A stretch of 64,000 nucleotides of DNA from contig CAWKDB010000011.1 of NCBI GenBank assembly GCA_963848295.1, positions 384,001-448,000 of the forward strand. Reading direction: 5' to 3'. Under the pieces are notes generated by a model. It did not search any database, had not been told where the DNA came from, and saw nothing but the letters and a program-made list of their open reading frames with translations. Below are positions 9,763 to 19,862 of this stretch, piece by piece. Made by a program: the position numbers and the translations under genes. Position 1 is the first letter of the stretch, and each line of letters opens with the position of its first letter. The DNA is from an uncultured delta proteobacterium. Its GTDB lineage: Bacteria; Myxococcota_A; Polyangia; Haliangiales; Haliangiaceae.

Positions 9763-10398
9763 TCAGCGGCTCGTGACGCCGACCGGATTCATCCCAGACC
9801 ACAGCGCCATGTTCCCCTCCTCGTAGCGTAGATCGATGTCGACGAAGCCTGCGCGCTCGAGCGCGAGTGGCTGGTCGGCGCGCGCGGGTAAGAGTGCTGG
9901 CAATGTGGTCTCGGGAGTCAGGTAGTGGTCGGCGTAGAGCAGTATGCCGCCGCGATCGAGGACCGTGCGCGCGCGCTCGAGCAGCGGCACGAGGTGGCGC
10001 TTGTGGCGCGTCTCGTGCGCGGCCTGCAGCGTGACGACCGCATCGAATGTGCCGAGGTCAGCGGGCCACGCCGGCTCGCGAAAGTCGCGCGTCACGAACG
10101 TGACCCGGCTCGCGAGCTCGCCGAGATGCTCAGCCGCGATCTCGTGCGTGGCGGTCGACAAGTCGAGCGCGACATACGTGTGCACGTCGCAGTTGACGAG
10201 GATCTCGCGAGCGAGCTGACCCGGGCCGGAGCCGAGCTCGAGGATGCGGGGCCTCGATCGCGTGGCGAGCGCGGTGCAAAACGCCGCGAAGAAGCGCGGC
10301 CGATACGGACGCCTGACTCGCGTGTCTTCGATCCATGTGCGCGCCGTTTCGGGGTCGCGAAAGTCGACCCGAATCGGCACGTCGTCGTCTCCGGTCAT
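9763..10398 (-). CDS. Class I SAM-dependent methyltransferase
   Basis: ILELGSGPG motif I, ALDLS and FDAVVT. Confidence 0.88.
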   Translation of the reverse strand: MTGDDDVPIRVDFRDPETARTWIEDTRVRRPYRPRFFAAFCTALATRSRPRILELGSGPGQLAREILVNCDVHTYVALDLSTATHEIAAEHLGELASRVTFVTRDFREPAWPADLGTFDAVVTLQAAHETRHKRHLVPLLERARTVLDRGGILLYADHYLTPETTLPALLPARADQPLALERAGFVDIDLRYEEGNMALWSGMNPVGVTSR

Positions 10399-10527
10399 CG
10401 CGCAATCGTTCTACCGCACGGCCGCGCGGCGCGCGTAGTCATCGTGGCGGGCGACGGATGATGGCTGAAACCGCCGAGACTTCTCGGTGTCTGAACATCG
10501 AGGCGGCCATCGCGATCGGTCCACCTC

Positions 10528-11006
10528 ATGCTCCTCGTGCTCGCGGCTTCGTGTGGCCCGCCGCGAGTTCTATCGCCGGTCTCGAACGCGCAGCCCGCGG
10601 CGCCGACACCGCTCGTCTCGACCGCCAGCTCGGATGTGATCGCCGCCGCGCTCGAGCGCGTTCGCGCGACACCCGAGTCGCTGCCCGACCACACCCTCAT
10701 TGGCGAGCACCACTACGTGATGATCGATCCGGGGACCGCGAAGCCGGCGCTGCCCACACCGTTCGTTTCGATGACCCAGGCAGAGCTCGATGCCGAGGCC
10801 GATCGCACGAACGCGGATGTCGGGTTCATCCACATCTTCGCGGTCGAGGCTCACGGCGACGACGCGATATCACGATCGGCGGCGACGTCGCGCTGCCGGC
10901 GGCGCATCGCAAGCACCGGCTGTGTTGCTGCGAGGGCACCGACCACTACACCCGCGCGAACGGTGCCTGGACATACGCGTCGACCGGCATGCAGATCTGC
11001 AGCTGA
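10528..11006 (+). pseudogene. Hypothetical lipoprotein with apparent frameshift near 10866
   Basis: Lipobox-like LVLAASC; protein-like sequence runs to ...HGDDA, then continues in another frame as DITIGGDV...CCCEG...QICS*. Confidence 0.6.
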
Positions 11007-11051
11007 CGTACAGCTGGCCGATCAGACGCATGATGTCCGCTATTCCGTACC

Positions 11052-11266
11052 GGCGATCGCGCTCTCGTCGCCGAGCGCGGCGTCGCCGCGAGGGATGCCG
11101 CGGAGAGCGAGTGCAGGCGCGCGAGGAGACGCTCGGATCTTTGTAAGACACCTACTCGCGCGCAGCGCGATCGCCGCTCCGCGGCGTCGCTCCGCGGCGT
11201 CGCCGAGAACCGCCACCGCCTGCGCCGTCGCACGAGCGGGTCCGGGGCACCCTCGCAAGGCAGCCG

Positions 11267-11279
<13 letters not shown>
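11052..11279 (+). repeat. ~230-bp dispersed repeat, copy B
   Basis: Inverted homologue of 9525-9754; CGGCGATCGCGCT (11051) is complementary to AGCGCGATCGCCG (11164). Confidence 0.9.
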
Positions 11280-11402
<123 letters not shown>

Positions 11403-11419
11403 AGGCGGGGCCGCGGCCT

Positions 11420-13303
11420 CTACGCGAGCGCGGAGGCGATGAGTCCCGCGGCGCGCGTCGCCATCGCCATGATCGTCAGCTGCGGGTTGACGCCGAGCGC
11501 ACTCGGCACCGTGCTGCCATCGACGATGTAGAGGTCGCGCACGTCGTGGCTCTGGTGATCGAGCCCGACGACGCTCGTCTTCGGATCCTTGCCCATCTTG
11601 CACGTGCCGAGCGGGTGATAGCTCGCGAGCGCGAGCTCGCTCGGCGCCGGCGGAGACGCGCGAAACTTCGCGAGCTCGCCGACCTCGACGATCGGCATGG
11701 TCGAGCGGCCGGCGTAGAGTCGCTTCGCGCCGGCGGCGGCGAGGATCTCGAACATGTGGACCATCCCGGCGTGCAAGCGGTCGCGATCGTCGCGCGTCAC
11801 CGAGTACGTGATCGCCGCGCGCCCGCCGACATCGCGCCACACGCGGCCGGCCGCGCCGGCATCGCGCACGCAGACGCCGAGCGACGCGACGTGCGGCAGC
11901 CGATCGAGCACGTCCATCAATGGCCGGCCCGCGAGCTGAAAGATCTGTGCGGCGACGTTCGTCGTCGGTTGCGCGGCCGCGATCAGCTGGCCCTCGCGCA
12001 GGAACTGATCGCAGCCGTAGCCTTGCGGGATGTGACCGGCCGGATCGATGACGTCGTCGAACAGACCGGCGACGCTCGTCGACGGATGGAGCGTCAGGTT
12101 GCGACCGACCTGCCCGCTTCCGTTCGCGATGCCCTGGCCGAGCAACAGCAGCGGCGTCGGCACGCTGCCGCCGGACAGCACGACCGCGCGGCCGCGCACG
12201 CGCAGCCGCTTGCCGTTGCTCGCGACCCCTTCGACGCCGGTCGCGCGCCCGTCGTCGATGATGATGCGTTCGACCTTGAGCCCGGTGAACAGCTGCGCGC
12301 CCGCGGACAGCGCCGGCGGGATGTACGACAGATTCGTCGAGCGCCGGGCATCGGTGCCGCAGCCGAGATCGCAGAACCCCAAGCCGGTGCAACCTCGCGC
12401 GTTGCGCCGGATCGCGAAGTGGCGCCAGCCGAGGTGGTCGCAGCCGCGCGCGACGATGTTCGCGATCGCCCCGATCTCGGGTTGGATCGCGGGCGTGACG
12501 TCGAGCGTGTCCTCGACGCGTGCGTAGTGTGGCTCCATCGCTTCGCGCGACAGCTCGTCGGTGCCGAGCCGCTCGCACCATTCGTCGAGCACCCACGCCG
12601 GGGTGCGAAAGCAGGTGCCGCCGTTGATCGCGGTCGAGCCGCCGACCATCCGGCCGATGAAGATCGGCATCACGACGTTGCCGACCGAGACCGCCCCTCG
12701 ATAAAATCGCTCGTGCGCGCGCACGAGGCTGCCGTCGAATGCGTCGCGACGGTAGTGCTCGCCCTCCTCGACGTAACACACCGCGAGGCCGCGTTCGGTC
12801 AGCTCGCGACCGACGACCGCGCCGCCGGCGCCGGTGCCGATCACGACGACATCGCACTCGACGTCACCGCCGTCCCACTCGGCGGCGCGATGGATCTGGC
12901 TGAGCCAGCGCGGGCGATCGAGGTTGCCACCGCGGTTGCTCTTGCCGCCCATCGCCGCGATCACGTCGGGCCGATCGAAGTGGACGAGCTTGTACACGAC
13001 GGTGAGGATGTTGAGCGGTTGGCGGAGCAGCGGGTCGCGCTGCCAGGCCTGCACGAGCTCCTCGGCGCGCTCGGGCGCGAGCGACGACAGGCGCCGGCCG
13101 GTGCGCGCGATCGCGGCGGCGTCGAGCGTGCGCTGCGCGATCGCCCACGGCCGAACCAGCCACGGCGCGACGCTGCGGATGACGTGGGTAGCCTCGCGGA
13201 CCGACCGGTCATCGGCCGCCGGGATCGTCGCGCTCCCCGGAATCAGCGCGCGGGCGAGCGCGAGCGCCGAGCGATCCGGCTGAGACGAGAAAAAACCGGC
13301 CAT
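11420..13303 (-). CDS. GMC-family FAD oxidoreductase (long-chain alcohol oxidase-like)
   Basis: GTGAGG FAD motif, VGGSTAING, C-x2-G-x-C-x2-GC, HPLGTCKMG and GVNPQLTIMAMA. Confidence 0.9.
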   Translation of the reverse strand: MAGFFSSQPDRSALALARALIPGSATIPAADDRSVREATHVIRSVAPWLVRPWAIAQRTLDAAAIARTGRRLSSLAPERAEELVQAWQRDPLLRQPLNILTVVYKLVHFDRPDVIAAMGGKSNRGGNLDRPRWLSQIHRAAEWDGGDVECDVVVIGTGAGGAVVGRELTERGLAVCYVEEGEHYRRDAFDGSLVRAHERFYRGAVSVGNVVMPIFIGRMVGGSTAINGGTCFRTPAWVLDEWCERLGTDELSREAMEPHYARVEDTLDVTPAIQPEIGAIANIVARGCDHLGWRHFAIRRNARGCTGLGFCDLGCGTDARRSTNLSYIPPALSAGAQLFTGLKVERIIIDDGRATGVEGVASNGKRLRVRGRAVVLSGGSVPTPLLLLGQGIANGSGQVGRNLTLHPSTSVAGLFDDVIDPAGHIPQGYGCDQFLREGQLIAAAQPTTNVAAQIFQLAGRPLMDVLDRLPHVASLGVCVRDAGAAGRVWRDVGGRAAITYSVTRDDRDRLHAGMVHMFEILAAAGAKRLYAGRSTMPIVEVGELAKFRASPPAPSELALASYHPLGTCKMGKDPKTSVVGLDHQSHDVRDLYIVDGSTVPSALGVNPQLTIMAMATRAAGLIASALA

Positions 13304-13448
13304 CGCGGCGGAGAATCTGCCACGAAATCGTCGACGAGCTGTCGATGAGCACGATTCAGACGTCCGGATTACAAGGCTCGTCTTGCACGTCCCCGGTGCT
13401 GCGCGGACGATGACCTGCCCGCCAAACGGGCTTCGAAAGGGGCGCGCC

Positions 13449-13766
13449 ATGGAGACGATGCACGACGAGCACGAAGACGCGGACGGACACGACCACGCGC
13501 ATGATCACGACCACAATCACAACCACGATCATGGTCACGATCACGATCACGACCACGACCACGACGGCGCTGCGGTGCTCGCGAAGCTGGTGACGAATCA
13601 GAAGATGGTCATCGCGAATCAGCTCAAGATCATCGCGCACCAGAAACAACTCATCGCGAGCCACAAGAAGCTCGACGCGATCGTCACCAATCAGACCAAG
13701 CTCGCCGGTGGCCTGAAGAAGCTCGAGGCGGTCGTCGGGAAGCTCGCGAAGAAGAAGAAGAAGTAA
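13449..13766 (+). CDS. Small His/Asp-rich protein with coiled coil and poly-Lys tail
   Basis: (HD)n tract, heptad-spaced NQ/HQ repeats and a KKKKK end; typical codon usage; AAGGGG upstream. Confidence 0.7.
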   Translation: METMHDEHEDADGHDHAHDHDHNHNHDHGHDHDHDHDHDGAAVLAKLVTNQKMVIANQLKIIAHQKQLIASHKKLDAIVTNQTKLAGGLKKLEAVVGKLAKKKKK

Positions 13767-13775
13767 GTCGGGCGA

Positions 13776-16064
13776 TCAGTACTCGAAGTAGATGAACGGC
13801 ACGACCTTCGGATGAGCGAGCTCGCGCAGGACGAGCGCGGCACCACATAGCACCGCGCCTTGCGCGATCGCCGGCAGCGCGCAGAATCGCTCGCGCAACC
13901 AGCGAAAGCTGCCGTCGGCGAAGAAGTGCGCCAGCAGGCCGATGGTCAGCAGCATCATCACGATCGGCCCGGCGTTCGCGTGACCGGTCTCGCCGGCCGC
14001 GATCTGGCGCAACACGTCGAGCGCGTTGTCGAACGACGTCGCGCGAAAGAAGATCCACGCGAGGCAGACGTACGCGAACACGAGCACGACGGCGAGCCCG
14101 CGGCGCACGACCGCGACCGCCGCGGGAACGAGATCGACGCTAGCCGCGCGCTCGACGATATCGGCCGCGAGCGCGAGCGCCCACACGACGACCGCGGCGG
14201 GGATCCACGTCCACGCGGCGGCCCACTGAAGCGCGGCGAGCGTCGCGAGGAACATCGCGCACATCGTCCAGCGCAGCACGGTCGCGACCACCGCCGCGGT
14301 GCCGGTCGTGGCGACCGCCGCGTCCGGACCGACGCGATCGGCGCCGAGCCACGCGGTCAGCACGGCCCACAGCGGCGTGGCGTACAACCACACGACGACG
14401 AGTTGTGCCCACACGCCGAGGTCGGCGGGCAGCGCGAACCGTTGCAGCGCGAACCCGCCGAGCGCGATGCCGAGGCACGCGAGCACGAGATGCGGCGCAC
14501 GATCGGGGTCGGTTGCGGTCCGGCGTTGGAAGTAACGCGTCACCGCCAACCCGAAGCCGTGGAGCGCGCCCCACACGACGTACGTCCAGCGCGGGCCGTG
14601 CCAGAGCCCACCGATCAGCATCGTCAGGCTCAGGTTGAGATAGGTCCGCCACGCGGCGCCGCGACTGCCGCCGAGCGTGATGTAGAGGTAGTCGCGCAAC
14701 CAGGTCGACAGCGTGATGTGCCAGCGCCGCCAGAACTCTTGGAGGTTCGCGCTGCGGTACGGAGTGCGAAAGTTCTCGGGCAGCGTGAAGCCCAGGATCG
14801 CGGCCGAGCCGATCGCGATGTCGGAGTACGCGGAGAAGTCGGTGTAGATCTGCAACGCGAAGCCGACGACGCCGGCGATGATCTCGAGCATCGTGAAGTG
14901 ACTCGGATCGGCGAACACGCGCAACACGATCGCCATCGCGAGCGCGTCCGCGATCGCGAGCTTCTTGAACAAGCCAATGACGATGCGGAACAGCCCGACT
15001 GTCGCCTTCTCGAGCTCGAGCGCCGGAAAATCCGCGAGCTGCGGCAACAGGTCCTGCGCGCGCACGATCGGCCCGGCGACGAGCTGCGGGAAGAACAACA
15101 CGAACGTCGAGAACTGCAGGATCGAGCGCGTGGGCTTGAGCTGCCGGCGATAGACGTCGATCGTGTACGACAGCGACTGGAACGTGTGAAACGAGATCCC
15201 CGCCGGCAAGATCAAGTGCAGCCACGGATAGTGCGGCTGATGCACGTGAGCGCCGAGGTGTGCATTCGCGAACGCGACGCCGTCCTCGATGACGTCGTGC
15301 ATGAAGAAGTCGGTGTACTTGAACGCAAACAAGATGCCGAGGTTCGACACCAAGCTCGCGATCATCAGCGCGCGCCTCGCGGCCTGGGTCTTCGCCGCGT
15401 CGATCCACAGCGCGAGGTAGTAATCGAGACTGAACGTCGCGAGCAGCAGCGCGAGCAGGTAGCGATAGCCGCCCGACTTCGATGACGCCCACGCCTGATA
15501 GAACAAGCCGGACGCGACGAACAGCACGAGCACGCGCCCGAGCGGCCGCGACGCGTCTTCTTGCGCCGCGCCGATCGCGACGCCGAGGATCGCGAGCACG
15601 AGCAAATGGCCGTAGCTAGCGAACCGACTGTCGACGAGATCGAGCCGGCCGATCGCCATCGTCGAGATCACCGCGACCACGAGCACCACGAGCGCCGCGA
15701 CGAACGAGCGTGCGATCACCTTCTGCCCGCGCTCCGAGCCGGCCCACGCGCCCGCCCTCCGACCGCTCGCGATCGCGCCGAGGAGCAGCGCGAGCCCTAT
15801 CGTCCACCTCCCGACGAGCCCGAGCGTCCACGCCGGCGTGACGTCGCTCGAATCGAACGCCTGGGCGAGCCGCAGCAGCGCGCCGCCGAGCGGATCCCAC
15901 AGCGCGTTCGGATCCCTCGAGATCAGCGTGAACGCGATGTCGCCGAGCAACACCATCACGCCGATCCGGGCCCACCGGCCGCGCGCGCCGCCGAGCCGGG
16001 TCAGCGCGTAGATCAGGAACACCGCGGTGAGAAACACCGGGTAGTCGGGCGACGCGAAGTTCAT
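13776..16064 (-). CDS. MBOAT O-acyltransferase (AlgI/PatA-like) with extra transmembrane segments
   Basis: LPAGISFHTFQSLSYTIDVY, FFPQLVAGPIVR, DFSAYSDIAIG, FWRRWHITLS and GLWHG. Confidence 0.92.
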   Translation of the reverse strand: MNFASPDYPVFLTAVFLIYALTRLGGARGRWARIGVMVLLGDIAFTLISRDPNALWDPLGGALLRLAQAFDSSDVTPAWTLGLVGRWTIGLALLLGAIASGRRAGAWAGSERGQKVIARSFVAALVVLVVAVISTMAIGRLDLVDSRFASYGHLLVLAILGVAIGAAQEDASRPLGRVLVLFVASGLFYQAWASSKSGGYRYLLALLLATFSLDYYLALWIDAAKTQAARRALMIASLVSNLGILFAFKYTDFFMHDVIEDGVAFANAHLGAHVHQPHYPWLHLILPAGISFHTFQSLSYTIDVYRRQLKPTRSILQFSTFVLFFPQLVAGPIVRAQDLLPQLADFPALELEKATVGLFRIVIGLFKKLAIADALAMAIVLRVFADPSHFTMLEIIAGVVGFALQIYTDFSAYSDIAIGSAAILGFTLPENFRTPYRSANLQEFWRRWHITLSTWLRDYLYITLGGSRGAAWRTYLNLSLTMLIGGLWHGPRWTYVVWGALHGFGLAVTRYFQRRTATDPDRAPHLVLACLGIALGGFALQRFALPADLGVWAQLVVVWLYATPLWAVLTAWLGADRVGPDAAVATTGTAAVVATVLRWTMCAMFLATLAALQWAAAWTWIPAAVVVWALALAADIVERAASVDLVPAAVAVVRRGLAVVLVFAYVCLAWIFFRATSFDNALDVLRQIAAGETGHANAGPIVMMLLTIGLLAHFFADGSFRWLRERFCALPAIAQGAVLCGAALVLRELAHPKVVPFIYFEY

Positions 16065-17548
16065 TTCACGTCTGGATCGGTCGGCACCGGGCCCGGCAAC
16101 CGCACGTCACTGCTCGCGGGCGGCGCGGGTGCAGGAGGCGACGATGCGGCCGCCGCGCTCGCCGGGAGCTGATGGGCCGCACGCCATCGCGCGTAGCCGT
16201 CGAGCAGCGCGGCCTCGAGCGCGTCGGCCCACATCTGGTAGCCGACATCGGTGAAGTGGGTATGGTCCTTGTAGGCGACCTTCGGCTCGGCGAGCAGCCA
16301 GCCGTGCATGTGATCCGCGCCGCCCATCGCGGCGAACGTATCGAAGAACGCGACGTGATTGCGCGCTGCGGCGGCATGCTCGACCGCGATGATCTCGCCG
16401 AGCACCGCAGGCGTGCGCCACTCGCACTCGGGGATCACGGCGGCGTCGGGCTTCGCGTTCGGCTTGCGGCGGTCGCACGACCTGCCCGCCTCGCGCTTGC
16501 CGAGGTCCGGCGGCCCGAGCACCAAGATCGACGCGGTCGGCACCGCGGCGCGAATCCGCAAGATCGTCTCGTCGTAATACCTCGCGAGCGCCTCGAGATC
16601 GAGATCCGGATCGTCGGCTTCGTTCGTCCCGTACTGCAAGACGACGAGCTTCGGGTCGCGCGTCGCGAGCTGCTCGCCGATGATCGACCAGTCCCACGAA
16701 CGCAAGCTACCGAGCCGCCGACCGACGACGCCGAGTGAATCGACGATCACGCCTGGCTTCGCGCGCTCGAGCGCGACTCCGAACAGATCGATCGCGCCGC
16801 CACCACCGTGCTCGAGCGTCAGCTTGTGCGGACCATCCGGCACCGGGATGACTTGGCGCGCTGGATGCGGTGGTTCGATCGCGGTGGTCCTCGTGGCGAG
16901 CTGTTGCCACGCGCCGTCGTCGACGCGATAGCGCAGCACGCCGTGATCCGGCGCGGCGTAGTACCAGATCTCGAACTGCGCGACGCTCTTGTCGGTCGGA
17001 CAGTCGGCGCACGTGCTGACCCACAGCTGCGCGCCCTTGCGCTTGCCGGACACGCGCAGGCCGGCGATGCCGAACGGCTCGCTGTCGCCGCGATGGCCGC
17101 CGACCGCGGCGGTCCAATCGCCGGCGCGACCGTAGCTGACATCGCGCTGATAGTAGTGACGCGTCGGCGGCCGACCCGCAGCCACCAGGCCGCGACCGGC
17201 GTCGCCAAACCGGCTCTGGAGCGTGACCCGCAGCCGCCCGGTCAGCGAATCGCCGGCGGTGTGCGAGTCGCCGAAGAACAGCAGGTCGACGCGCGCGCCG
17301 GGGTCGCCGTGCTCGGCCGCCGCGAGCGACGAGTACAGATCGTCGAGCGTGGTCGCTGGTGCGTCGAGAAACCCGGCCTCTGCAGCGGCACCGGCATCGC
17401 CAGCGGCCTGGGCCGTGGTCGAGACGCCTGCGTCGCCGGCGCGCTCGGGGCCGTGCGGTGACGTCGGGCGTGGAGAGCGCTCTCCGTCACAGCCCGAGCC
17501 GCAACCGAGCAGCGCGGACGCGAGCGCGAGCGCGAATACGGTGCGCAT
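16061..17548 (-). CDS. SGNH/GDSL-family lipoprotein (PatB-like O-acetyltransferase or esterase)
   Basis: Lipobox LLGC; GDSH, YGTNE and DHTH catalytic blocks; coupled to the MBOAT gene. Confidence 0.85.
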   Translation of the reverse strand: MRTVFALALASALLGCGSGCDGERSPRPTSPHGPERAGDAGVSTTAQAAGDAGAAAEAGFLDAPATTLDDLYSSLAAAEHGDPGARVDLLFFGDSHTAGDSLTGRLRVTLQSRFGDAGRGLVAAGRPPTRHYYQRDVSYGRAGDWTAAVGGHRGDSEPFGIAGLRVSGKRKGAQLWVSTCADCPTDKSVAQFEIWYYAAPDHGVLRYRVDDGAWQQLATRTTAIEPPHPARQVIPVPDGPHKLTLEHGGGGAIDLFGVALERAKPGVIVDSLGVVGRRLGSLRSWDWSIIGEQLATRDPKLVVLQYGTNEADDPDLDLEALARYYDETILRIRAAVPTASILVLGPPDLGKREAGRSCDRRKPNAKPDAAVIPECEWRTPAVLGEIIAVEHAAAARNHVAFFDTFAAMGGADHMHGWLLAEPKVAYKDHTHFTDVGYQMWADALEAALLDGYARWRAAHQLPASAAAASSPPAPAPPASSDVRLPGPVPTDPDVK

Positions 17549-19044
17549 CAGGTACCGCGATCTGGGCGGTGATAGTTCGCGAAGCCCGCGAACAACGCAT
17601 CGTAGATCGCGTCGGACAGGAGGTTCGCTCCCTTGTGCGACAGGTGCTGGAAGTCGCTGCCGACGTAGCCCCTGCGAAACCACTTCGCGGCCGAGCCCTT
17701 GCCGCCCATCCAGTCGTACGTCGAGAAGAACGCGCAGCCTTGCGCGTGCGCCGCCGAGCGTTGCGCCGCCACGAGCACCGGCATCACCGGCCGCGACGGA
17801 TAGCCACCGTCCTTTGACTCCGCTTGATCGGTCGGCGACACGACGAGACAAGAACCGTCGGGCAAGCCCTTGCGAATCGGTGCGAGCACCTTCTCGTAGT
17901 GCTCCTGATAGTGCTTCGTGTCTTGATCGCTCGGCCCGAGCCACTCGGCTTCGTTCGCGCCGATCATGATCATCACGAGATCCGCGTGGCGATGCGCCAG
18001 CTCGGACGCCCAGTGGTCCGGGTCGGCGACGCCCCAGCTCTTGACGTTGACGCTCACGATCCCGAGGTTGTCGACGACGGCACCCTTATCGTTCTCGAGA
18101 TCGATGCCGAACAGCCGCACGCGCCCCGCCGCGGAGATCTCGAACTTGCTCGCGCCGCCGTCGACCTTCGCCGCGACGTAGCCCGGCTGTTTGGCATCGC
18201 CGCGGGTCGTCGCGGTGATCAGCTCGGTGCCGTCCGCGCTGACCTTCGCCGTGCCGCCGCCGGGTTGCGCGAGGTAGTACAGCTCGACGTTCGTGACCTT
18301 GCCCTTGACGAGCTTGATCGTCGAGTGACCGTCGCCGGTCTCCGCCGTGCTGCCGCCGACACCGTAGAAACCGTCGCCGGTCTGCAGCGTCGAGATCGCA
18401 TGCGGATACCACGTGCCGCTGATCGATCGCGTGATCGCGTCATGCGCGCAAAACGTATGCGGCGGCACCGCGAACACGAACCCCGGCCCACCGTCGCCGA
18501 GCTCGGCTTGCAGGCGCACGCGCAGGCGACCGGGCAACGCGTCGTCCGCGACGATCGAGTCGCCGTACCACGACACGCGCACGGCGCGACCGAGCGTGCC
18601 GGCCTTCTCGTCGGACACCGCGCGATAGAATCCGTCGAGCGCGTGACGCTTGCAGTGCGCGTCGTCGCCCGCGACGGTCCCGGCTCGCCCGGGACCGGCA
18701 GCACCGCCGGATGGCGTTGCGGTTCGATCGACACAGGGATTGTCCAGCGCGGACGGGACGGTGGCCGCGGACGCCGCTCCGCTCGTACCGCCGCCGGTCG
18801 CGGACGCGGCGCCGGTGGCATCGCCATTGTCCGCGGCCGCGTACGAGTCGCCGTCGTCGTCGGTCTCGGCCGGGCTGCCGAAGTCCGGGCCGGTCGGCGC
18901 TGCCTCACTAGATCCCGGCGGCGAGGTCAGGCGATCGGCGATCGCGGTCACGCCTCCATCCGCCCACACGATCGCGACCGTCACGAACGCAAAGAACGAC
19001 GCGAGCACCGGCGTGATGCTCCAGCTACGGTCGGGTGCGGACAC
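17548..19044 (-). CDS. Second SGNH/GDSL-family membrane-anchored protein (start uncertain; could extend to 19137)
   Basis: N-terminal TM segment; GDSI, IGANE and DFQH blocks. Confidence 0.82.
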   Translation of the reverse strand: MSAPDRSWSITPVLASFFAFVTVAIVWADGGVTAIADRLTSPPGSSEAAPTGPDFGSPAETDDDGDSYAAADNGDATGAASATGGGTSGAASAATVPSALDNPCVDRTATPSGGAAGPGRAGTVAGDDAHCKRHALDGFYRAVSDEKAGTLGRAVRVSWYGDSIVADDALPGRLRVRLQAELGDGGPGFVFAVPPHTFCAHDAITRSISGTWYPHAISTLQTGDGFYGVGGSTAETGDGHSTIKLVKGKVTNVELYYLAQPGGGTAKVSADGTELITATTRGDAKQPGYVAAKVDGGASKFEISAAGRVRLFGIDLENDKGAVVDNLGIVSVNVKSWGVADPDHWASELAHRHADLVMIMIGANEAEWLGPSDQDTKHYQEHYEKVLAPIRKGLPDGSCLVVSPTDQAESKDGGYPSRPVMPVLVAAQRSAAHAQGCAFFSTYDWMGGKGSAAKWFRRGYVGSDFQHLSHKGANLLSDAIYDALFAGFANYHRPDRGT

Positions 19045-19148
19045 CGTGGTCGAAGGTAAGCGATGTTGCGGGGGAGTCAAGGTTCGGGGGCCGAAGGGCG
19101 GTGTAGTGGCGCGCGACTCGCATACATCGATGGTCACGGAGGGTGTTC

Positions 19149-19826
19149 ATGAGAAGCCTAGTCTTGATCAGGTTGGTTAGCGTTGCTGCGTGCGGCGGTG
19201 GGGGCGGCGATGCATCGGGCGATTCCGGAGGCAACAACGTCGCACCCCGCGTCCTGGGTGGTGGTGGGATCGCCGACGGTCCGATCGACGGTGTGGTGAA
19301 TCTCTACGTGGTCGACGACGGCTCTCGGACGCCGATCTCGGGCGCGAACGTCCAGGTCGGCACCGTGACCGGCACCACCGACGCGACCGGGTTGTTCATC
19401 GCGACCGGCCTGGCCGGCGCGCAGACCGTGCTGGTCCAGGCCGCCGGCTATCAATCGGCGATGTAGGTCGCCGCGAACGGCGCGAACATCACGATCGACG
19501 TCAAGCCGACCACCGATCCGACGCCGCCGAGCGCGAACATCTCTGGCACCGTCGACTTGAGCGGCCTCGTCGTCGGCAGCATCGACGACCACCGCACGGC
19601 GGTCGTCGTCTACTCGCAGGACCCAGGCGCTGCCGACGCCGTGAACACCTTCGACAACAGCTCGACGCTCACGATTCCCGCGCTCACCGCCCTGCCCGCC
19701 GGCGGGTCGATCACCGGCTCGGTCCAGGGCCTCGGCGGCACGATCGATCCCACGAACTTCGAGATCGACCGCGATCGCGACAAATTGACCGGCGCGGCCG
19801 GCCAAGGGTTCATGATCACGAACTGA
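19149..19826 (+). pseudogene. Lipoprotein with carboxypeptidase-regulatory-like/Ig-like segment, interrupted by an in-frame TAG at 19464
   Basis: VAAC lipobox; TTDATG motif; frame continues in register after the TAG to TGA at 19826. Confidence 0.65.
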
Positions 19827-19862
19827 CGCGCCGACGCTCGCCTCGCGCTACACTGGAATGGC

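Noticed and set aside
19464..19466. Pyrrolysine or programmed readthrough at the TAG
   Set aside because: No pyl genes are visible, TAG is used as a normal stop elsewhere in the window, and a TGG-to-TAG change is simpler.
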